This document shows, piece after piece, positions 51,601 to 62,097 of a stretch of DNA of 64,000 bases. The notes under the pieces were generated by a model. It made no database searches. It had not been told where the DNA came from and was given only the letters and a program-made list of their open reading frames with translations. The position numbers and the translations under genes were made by a program. Position 1 is the first letter of the stretch, and every line of letters begins with the position of its first letter. This DNA is from Octopus sinensis. Its lineage: Eukaryota. The stretch covers positions 7,254,001 through 7,318,000 of the forward strand of contig NC_043014.1 of assembly GCF_006345805.1 (NCBI RefSeq). The letters are read 5' to 3'.

Positions 51601-54600
51601 CAAATGAGAAAGAAGCCCCTAAATTTACCGATTCACAAAGGCACCTGGGAAAATAATAAATGCCTTAAATCTTTGAGTCAAATGAGAAAGAAGCCCCTAG
51701 ACTTACCAAGTCGCAAAGGCACCTGGGAAAATAATAAATGCCTTAAATCTTTGAGTCAAATGAGAAAGAAGCCCCTACATGGTCACTAGACATGCTAAAA
51801 ATAACAACTAATACATGTACTAATCAGGTTCTTAGAAAATTGAAGGACAAAGTGAATATTTCGGGTTTAGTCTGTCTTTATTTATTGTTACTGAAGACTC
51901 AGAGTGGCTGAACAGTTTGAGAAGTTTGCTTTGCAACCATGAAGTCCTAGGTTCAATCCTACAAGGTGGCATCTTGGGAAAGTGTTTTCAACCATAGTCG
52001 TGAACTGAACCAAGGTTTGTGAATGAAACTAGGTAGATGGCAACTGTACCGAAGCCTGTCATATGGGCTATCATCAGCAGTGATGCCATGTGCGTGGATC
52101 TCTGTGATGCTCTGTCACCATCCAATTCTTCAAATTGGGAGTCTGAGGAGGCTGTGATGATTCTTTCATGTGTGTCTGTGTTTGTCTCCCTAGCATTGCT
52201 TGACAACCGATGCTGGTGTGTTTACGTCCCCGTCACTTAGCGGTTCGGCAAAAGAGACCAATAGAATAAGTACTGGGCTTACAAAAGAATAAGTCCCGGG
52301 GTCGAGTTGCTCGATTAAAGGCGGTGCTCCAGCATGGGCGCAGTCAAAATGACTGAAACAAGTAAAAAGTAAAAAAGAAAAAAAATATATATACATACAT
52401 ATGTATGTGTATGTCTGTGTGTCTGTGTTCGTCAAAGCCAACCACTGTTTAAACAACCGGTGTTGGTTTGTTTACACCCCTGTAACTCAGCAGTTCGCCA
52501 AAAGAAACTGATAGAATAAGTACCAGACTTAAAACGGAGTGAGATAAATAAATACTGGGCGGCGGCGGGGGGGGGGCATTCTGTTTGAGTGAAACTCTTG
52601 AAGGCAGTGCTGCAGCATGGGCAGAGCCCAATGACTGAAGCAAGTAATAAACAAAAACAAAAAAAAAAAAACAAAGTAAAAGATTCACAGAAAATAAGAC
52701 GGATCTTTTCCTTTTGAACGGCAGACAATTTCTGATTAACTAAACACTTTAAAACTTTGTATACTGCTAGAATGTGTCAAAAGAAAACATTTTTTTCTCT
52801 TGGCTTTCTTTGAGAAAATTGTAATTTGTTTGTTTAACGTAGTTTAATTTTTCGAATTTTAACCAATCCTATGCTCTCTTTTGAGCTAAAATCATTTGCC
52901 GCGTCTAAAACTGAGACAACATCCTGTAACTAACCCTAAACCTCCCCCCTAACCCTAACCCTAAATTTTTTTTTCTTAATTGTTAAATTAATTTAATTGT
53001 TGCGCGTGCAAAAAAACCTAAAGCAATGGAATTTGATTAATTTAACAATTTAGAAAAAAAAATTAGGGGTTAGTGTTAGGGGGGAGGTTTAGGGTTAGTT
53101 ACAGGATGTTGTCTCAGTTTTAGATGTAGCAAATGATTTTAGTTGAATGGAGGTAATCGATTGGTTAAAATTGCCGAAATACTCGGATTTTCAGACGAAA
53201 TATCTTACAAACTATAGAATTTTCTCAATAAAACCAAGAGAAAATGATGTTTTATAAACACATTCTACCAGTATACGAAGTTTAAAAGTGTTTAGTTAAC
53301 TTGGTTAAAATTGCCGAAATGCTCAGATTTTCAGACAAAATATTGTACAAACTATAGAATTTTCTCAATAAAGCCAAGAGAAAAAGATGTTTTATAAACA
53401 CATTCTACCAGTATACGAAGTTTAAAAGTGTTTAGTTAACTTGGTTAAAATTGCCGAAATGCTTGGATTTTCAGACGAAATATCTTACAAACCATAGAAT
53501 TTTCTCAATAAAACCAAGAGAAAATGATGTTTTATAAACACATTCTACCAGTATACGAAGTTTAAAAGTGTTTAGTTACCTTGGTTAAAATTGCCGAAAT
53601 GCTTGGATTTTCAGACGAAATATCTTACAAACTATAGAATTTTCTCAATAAAACCAAGATAAATGATGTTTTATAAACACATTCTACCAGTATACGAAGT
53701 TTAAAAGTGTTTAGTTAACTAGAAATTGTGTTGATATCTGCCGTTCAAAAGGAAAAGATCCAAAAAGACAAAACAACACAAACAACAAACAAACAAACAG
53801 GGGAATGTGTTCCAGTTCTTAATCTGTACTTACCGTTTTATCGTTGTAATGGGGGTAATATTTACTCATCGTCTGCATTCTAAGACCGACGTGGACCTTT
53901 TTAGATGGGAACTGATAATGAACAATACAGGTGGCATCGGAAATCTTCAGGTCACAAAGAACACTATCAGGACACACTATAAAATAACAAGAACAATAAT
54001 AATGATGATAATGATGATGATGATGATGATGATGATGACGGTTTCAAATTTTGCCACAAGGCAGCAATGCTCGTATGGGTCAGAAGGAATTTGTTCATTG
54101 CTTGTACCAATGAAATACCTATTTCTTTACTACCCACAAGGGGCTAAACACAGAAGGGACAAACAAGGACAGACAAACGGATTAAGTCGATTACATCGAC
54201 CCTAGTGCGTAACTGGTACTTTATTTATCGACCCTGAAAGGATGAAAGGCAAAGTCGACCTCGGCGGAATTTGAACTCAGAACGTAACGGCAGACGAAAT
54301 ACCTATTTCTTTACTACCCACAAGGGGCTAAACATAGAGGGGACAAACAAGGACAGACAAACGAATTAAGTCGATTACATCGGCCCCAGTGCGTAACTGG
54401 TACTTAATTTATCGACCCAGAAAGGACGAAAGGCAAAGTCGACATTGGTGGAATTTGAATTCACAACGTAAAGACAGATGAAATACTTATTTCTTTACTA
54501 CTCACAAGGGGCTAAACACAGAGAGGACAAACAAACGAATTAAGTCGATTACATCGGCCCCAGTGCGTAACTGGTACTTAATATATCGACCCAGAAAGGA

Positions 54601-55142
54601 TGAAAGGCAAAGTTGACTTCGGCGGAATTTGAACTCAGAGCGTAACGACAGACGATACACCGCTAAGCATTTCACCCGGCGTGCTAACGTATCTGCCAGC
54701 TCGCCGCCTTTAAATACCAATGAAATACAATTGAATATCCACGGCACATTAAGCACACCATCCGAGCGTGATCGTTGCCGCGTCGCCTTACTAGCACATG
54801 TGCTGGTGGCACATGAAACCTTCAAGTGAGGTCGTCGCCAGTGCCGCTGGACTGGCTCCTGTGCAGGTGGCACATAAAAAGCTCCATTTGGACGTGGCTG
54901 TTGCTAGTACCACCAAACTGGCCCTCGTGCTGGTGACACTCTTTTACTCTTTTACTTGTTTCAGTCATTTGACTGCGGCCATGCTGGAGCACCGCCTTTA
55001 ATCAAGCAACTCGACCCCGGGACTTATTCTTTTTGTAAGCCCAGTACTTATTCTATCGGTCTCTTTTTGCCAAACCGCTAAATGACGGGGATGTAAACAC
55101 ACCAGCATCGGTTGTCAAGCAATGCTAGGGGGACAAACACAG

Positions 55143-55181
<39 letters not shown>

Positions 55182-55704
55182 CACATATACGACAGGCTTC
55201 TTTCAGTTTCCGTCTACCAAATCCACTCACAAGGCATTGGTCGGCCCGGGGCTATAGCAGAAGACACTTGCCCAAGATGCTATGCAGTGGGACTGAACCC
55301 GGAACCATGTGGTTGGTTAGCAAGCTACTTACCACACAGCCACTCCTGCGCCCATTCATTTTATTTCCAGTTTGATTTAATCGCACCCAGAATGTGGCTG
55401 ATTTTCACACTACTGACCCTGAAAGATCTTAAGGTAATGATGTCAACCCTAGCAACCAAGTGGATGAAAAAAGCAGAAGCAACAGGAAAAAAAAAAAGGG
55501 ATTTTTTGGTAAATAATGGATATGCCATGAAGTTAGTAAAATTTACCTAGGAATCGGTAAGGCTCATTTTCAGACAGGGGTCGATGCCATTGCTTCGAGG
55601 ATTCCTCACGTTGGGCTAAATACGAAGAGCTCCAGACTCCAATAGCAGCTGATGTCAGGTAATTGTTCAATAACTGAATAATAATAATAATAATGAAAAT
55701 GATG

Positions 55705-55744
<40 letters not shown>

Positions 55745-58700
55745 CAACAACTGAGCAAATATAAAGATCTTGAAATAGAAATCAGCAAAATGTGGAACCT
55801 GAAGACTAAAACAATACCTGTTGTCATAGGTGCCCTGGGAATGATAGCAAAAGGGGCTGATTGCTACCTAACTCAGATACCAGGAAACCCCAAAATGGCA
55901 GAAATTCAAAAGATAGTGCTCATGGGAACTGCTCATATCCTACGCAAAATACTCTCTATGTCATCCCAAGGTTTAAAACAAACTTTTTTTAAACTTTTTT
56001 TATTTATTTATTTATTAGACATTCACTAATACAACACCAAAAAAAAAACCCCAAATATATGGCACACTAGGCATAACAACAATGTGAACTTCCAGCCTGT
56101 TGTCTCTTGAGGTCTCTGGGTGAGACTTGGAGCCAACTTGTACAGACATAAAGCAAAAGTCAAACATAGAATCATAATTCTTTTCTTTTATTCTTTTACT
56201 AGTTTCAGTCATTTGACTGCGACCATGCTGGAGCACCGCCTTTAGTCGAGCAAATCGATTCCGGGACTTTGTAAGTCCAGTACTTATTCTATCGGTCTCT
56301 TCTGCTGAACCGCTAAGTGATAATGTTGGTGGTGGTGGTAGTGATGATGGTGGTGGTGGTGGTGGTAGTGATAATGTTGGTGGTGGTGGTAGAGATGATG
56401 TTGGTGGTGGTGGTGGTGATGTTGATGGTGGTGATGGTGGTGGTGGTGATAATGATGGTGGTGGTGGTGGTGGTAGTGATAATGTTGGTGGTGGTGGTGG
56501 AAATGTTGATGGTGGTGGTGGTGATAATGTTGGTGGTGGTGGTGGTGGTGGTGGTGTGATGTTGATGGTGGTGGTGGTGGTTGTTATGTGATTGTCATGG
56601 TGGTGGTGATTGATGATTATGACGATGATGGTGATAGTGATGGTGGTAGCGATTGCAGTGGTGATGACGAGCATGACAACAACGATGCTGGTGATGACAG
56701 CGTCATTCTCCCAGGTCAAACAGAAGACATGATGCTCTCCAGCTCCCCAGACCTCACAAATGTGTACCGTATCACCGACACTACAACTTCCATAGTAACC
56801 CACTTGTGATGATGAGGAAGGAGCAGAAGAGGCAGAAGAGGGGAGATGTACTTACAAATAAAACCTTGTGACAACTCTGATCCCCATCGGTGAAGATGAT
56901 TACTTTCTCGCCTTGGATGGTCAGGTCTGGAAGGAGTTCGATTAGTTTCCTCTCACGGCCATCTTCCGTTGTAATCATTGGAATCTGAGAGAAAAAAAAA
57001 GTAAAAAGGCTTAGTAGAAGACACTTGCTCAAGGTGCCACATAGTAGAATTGAACCTGAAACTTAGGGGTCAGACAGTAAACTTTTTAACCCAATAGCCA
57101 TGCTTAGCTACACCAGCACATTCACTCACACAGACCACACTACACTACATGGTAATCGCTATTTGAGATTACAGTCTCCAATTCTACATGAATTACAGAC
57201 TGTAAAAATGAAATAAAAAATGAAATAAAATGAAATAAAAAAGAAATCAAAAAGAAATACAATGAAAGCCAACTGCATCTCACTCACCTGTTTAACTCGG
57301 CCGTAGGTGGATGCTTCTATCATGTCCGTAATGACAATAACAACATCCTCCAGTGCATTCATGGCAAATGTTCTGACATGAGACGTCCAATTACTACCAA
57401 AGATCATCACCTGGTTTTGCAGATTAGATCTCTGCTTCGAGAGCAGCACTTGCTTCTTCAGGGACCGCATAAGATCTCGAATCTGTAATGAAAAACGGAA
57501 ATAAAATAAAGGTAAGATGACATACACATTCATCATCATCATTTAGTGTCCGCTTTCCATGCTAGCATGGGTTGGACGGTTCAACTGGGGTCTGTGAAGC
57601 CGGAAGGCTTCATCAGGCCCAGTCAGATCTGGCAGTGTTTCTACGGCTGGATGCCCTTCCTAACGCCAACCACTCCGTGAGAGTAGTGGATGCTTTTTAC
57701 GTGCCACCCGCACAGGTGCCAGACAGAGCTGGCAAATGGCCATGAACGGATGGTGCTTTTATGTGCCACCGGCACGGGGGCCAGGCGAGGCTGGCAACGG
57801 ACACGAACAGATGGTGCTTTTACGTGCCACTGGCACGGGGGCCAGGCGAGGCTCATTCATAAAATCTTCTGGCACATTTACAAAGTGATTATGTCATGGG
57901 CTGTTCTTTCTCGCCACTGGAGAACAATTCCTTTCAGGTGAGCACGTGTTTCTAATGCACTTTATTCCTTAGAGTGAGGGGACTTTGGGACACTTGGTGT
58001 TTCAACATTGCTGTATATCTTCAGTCAAAGCTACCCTGGACTAATGAATCTAACAACTTTTCCTTTCAGATGAATGTGTGTTCATAATACATTTGATTAT
58101 TTAACATAAGGAGACTTTGTGACACCTGGTGTTTCAATATCATTGTACCTCCTCAGTCAAAGCTAACCCAGACTAATGAATCGAACAAGAATAGCAATGA
58201 GCATGCACAAGGTGAATTCAAAAAAATGTCTGAATTTATTTTTAACAGTCAAAACTAATGTTGTGTGGGAAGTAACACCCACGCCTTGGCTGGCTTCCGT
58301 GCCGGTGGCACGTTAAAAGCACCGACCGATCGTGGCCGATGCCAGACTCCCCTAGCACCTGTACAGGTGGCACGTAAAAAGCACCCACTACACTCGTGGA
58401 GTGGTTGGCGTTAGGAAGGGCATCCAGCTGTAGAAACACTGCCAGATCAGACTGGAGCCTGGTGCAGCCCCTGGCTTCCCAGACCCCAGTCGAACCGTCC
58501 AACCCATGCTAGCATGAAAAACGGACGCTAAACGATGAGGATGATTGAATGTATTGTGTGAAGATATTGCATCAAGTTTTGCCAAAAGCTTGATGGTGCT
58601 CCAAGCTCGAAACCTTCCAGAAAATTCAGCAGACTTTTGGCAATGATGCCATGGACAAAAGTCAGATAAAGGAGTGGTGCATGTCTTGCTAGTATATTAT

Positions 58701-58909
58701 ATTTTTGTACATGGCCTGAAGTTGGCAGGGAAGGGGTTACTCAATAACATGGGCTCCAATGCTCAACTGGCACTTATTTTGTTAACCCAGAAAGGGTGAA
58801 AGGCAAAGTGGACTTTGGCAGAATATGGACTCAGAACATAAAACTGGACACAATGCCACTGAGCATTTTATCCAAAGCAGCAACTGTTCTACAAGTTCAC
58901 TACAATAAA

Positions 58910-58959
<50 letters not shown>

Positions 58960-58971
58960 TGATAATAATAA

Positions 58972-59016
<45 letters not shown>

Positions 59017-59069
59017 TAATAATAATAATAATAATAATAATGATAATAATAATAATAATAATAATAATG

Positions 59070-59103
<34 letters not shown>

Positions 59104-59120
59104 TAATAATAATAATAATG

Positions 59121-59154
<34 letters not shown>

Positions 59155-59184
59155 TGATAATAATAATGATAATAATAATAATAA

Positions 59185-59260
<76 letters not shown>

Positions 59261-59262
59261 AA

Positions 59263-59293
<31 letters not shown>

Positions 59294-59333
59294 AATATAA
59301 TAATAATAATAATAATGATAATAATAATAAAAA

Positions 59334-59368
<35 letters not shown>

Positions 59369-59404
59369 ATAATAATAATAATAATAAAAATAATAATAAT
59401 AATG

Positions 59405-59438
<34 letters not shown>

Positions 59439-59465
59439 TAATAATAATAATGATAATAATAATAA

Positions 59466-59525
<60 letters not shown>

Positions 59526-59537
59526 TAATAATAATAA

Positions 59538-59591
<54 letters not shown>

Positions 59592-59948
59592 TAATAATAG
59601 CGATGATGATATTCATCATCATCGTTTAGCATCCGCTTTCCATGCTAGCATGGGTTGGACGGTTCAACCGGGGTCTGGGAAGCCAGGAGGCTGCCCCAGG
59701 CTCCAGTCTGATCTGGCAGTGTTTCTATAGCTGGATGCCCTTCCTAACGCCAACCACTCCGTGAGTGTAGTGGGTGCTTTTTATATGCCACTGGCACAGG
59801 TGCCAGGGGAGGCTGGCAATGGCCACGATTGGTTGGTGGTTTTTACGTGCCACTGGCACGGAAGCCAGTCAAGGTGACGCTGGCATCGACCATGTATGGA
59901 TGGTGCTTTTTACATTGCCACCAGCACAGGTGCCAGGGGAGGCTGATG

Positions 59949-60004
<56 letters not shown>

Positions 60005-62028
60005 TAATAATAATAATAACAATAATAATAATAATAATAATGATGATCCTTTCTACTGGAAGCACAAGGCTTCAAATTTGGGGGTGGGGATGAAGTAATT
60101 ACATCGACCCCAGTACGTAACTGATACTTATTTAATCGACCCTGAAATGATGAAAGGCAAAGTCAAGCTCAGCAGAATTTGAACTCAGAATGTAGAGACA
60201 GACAAAATGTCGCTAAGCATTTTGTCCAGCATGTCAACACTTCTGTCAGCTGGCCGCTTATATAATAACAAAAAAATGGACTTCTTCATGTCATCTGATA
60301 GGATAGAAAATGATTTTTTTCTTTTTAACCCTTTCTTTACTGTATTTATTTTGAGATGCTCTGTGTGTCTTTTAATTACTTTAAATATAACAAAGTATTT
60401 AGTAAAATAACTTAGTTACCATTAAGCTAGTGTTAGGAACATAAATTGTGACTAAGGTTTGGTGGAAGATTCTAATTCAGAACTTTTGAAAACAAGACAT
60501 TTGTACTCAGAGCCAGAAGCAGTTTCAGCCGGGTTGGTATCAAAAGGATTAAGAATTGTTTCTCTATTATATATATTTTAACCCTTTTGTTACCATATTT
60601 CTGTTGAGATGCTCTGTGTTTCTTTCAATTACTTTAAATATAACAAAGTATTTAGTAAAATAACTTAGTTACCATTAAGCTAGTGTTAGGAACATAAATT
60701 GTGACTAAGGTTTGGTGGAAGATTTTAATTCAGAACTTTTGAAAACAAGACATTTGTACTCAGAGCCAGAAGCAGTTTCAGCCGGGTTGGTATCAAAAGG
60801 ATTAAGAATTGTTTCTCTATTATATATATTTTAACCCTTTTGTTACCATATTTCTGTTGAGATGCTCTGTGTTTCTTTCAATTACTTTAAATATAACAAA
60901 GTATTTAGTAAAATAACTTGGTTATCATTCAGCTAGTGTTTGGAACATAAATTGTGACTAAGGTTTGGTAGAAGATTTTAATTCAGAACTTTTGAAAACA
61001 AGACATTTGTACTCAGAGCCAGAAGCAGTTTCAGCCGGGTTGGTATCAAAAGGATTAAGAATTGTTTCTCTATTATATATATTTTAACCCTTTTGTTACC
61101 ATATTTCTGTTGAGATGCTCTGTGTTTCTTTCAATTACTTTAAATATAACAAAGTATTTAGTAAAATAACTTGGTTATCATTCAGCTAGTGTTAGGAACA
61201 TAAATTGCGACTAAGGTTTGGTGGGAGATTTTAATTCAGAACTTTTGGAAACAAGACATTTGTACTCAAGAGCCAGAGGCGGTTTCAGCCAGGTTGGTAT
61301 CAAAAGGGTTAAATAACAAAACAAACAAAGCAATGAAATACTTGCATCACTGTAGAAGTCTTCAAGAATGATATCAGCTTCATCAATAATCTGTTAACGA
61401 GGAATCAGAGAAAAAAAAAACCGATATAAAGGGATTACTGTGATTATGGTTGGGCAGAGACAAACAGACAGAAATATTTAGATTTTGCATCATCATCATC
61501 ACTACAATTACCACTTTTCCATCCTTGCATGGGTCTGACAGAATTTGCTGAGTCTTATTTGCTGCAGCTGGATGCTCCTACTGTTAGCAGCCTTCACTTG
61601 TTTCCAAGCACGCTAATGCTTCCCCATAGTCAGACATGTTTTCACGGAGGATTGTAAACAAAGGACACCATTTATATGATGATAACACTTATTTACAACT
61701 AATGCGTGATATCAAGACAAGGACGCACATAATTACAAGGCTAATATTGACTAAAAGCCATAGAAGATATTGCTGAAGGCGCCATCAAAGACATAGGCTG
61801 TAAAATAAATACAACAGCATAGATTTTGTATCATCATCATCACTATAATTACCACTTTTCCATCCTTGCATGGGTCTGACAGAATTCGCTGAGTCTTATT
61901 TGCTGCAGCTGGATGCTCCTCCAGTTATCAACCTTCACTTGTTTCCAAGCATGCTAATACTCCCCCATGGCCGGGCATGTTTTCACAGAGGATTGTAAAC
62001 ACAGGACATGCATGTTCATCTCTTTCTT

Positions 62029-62097
<69 letters not shown>

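Noticed and set aside
40871-51777. CRISPR-like interpretation of the tandem arrays
   Set aside because: No unique spacers, no cas genes, eukaryotic context; the units are contiguous minisatellite copies.
47522-51789. Plus-strand ORFs with [20 protein letters not shown] repeats as a repeat-protein gene
   Set aside because: They are the antisense reading of the amplified W7 acceptor. Unit lengths of 78 and 69 keep a frame open by chance, sporadic TAA stops interrupt it, and there is no unique coding flank.
61470-62015. Local direct duplication (about 335-bp period) between W1 and W2
   Set aside because: Two diverged copies of a SINE-like fragment with no splice site or ORF involvement; ordinary.
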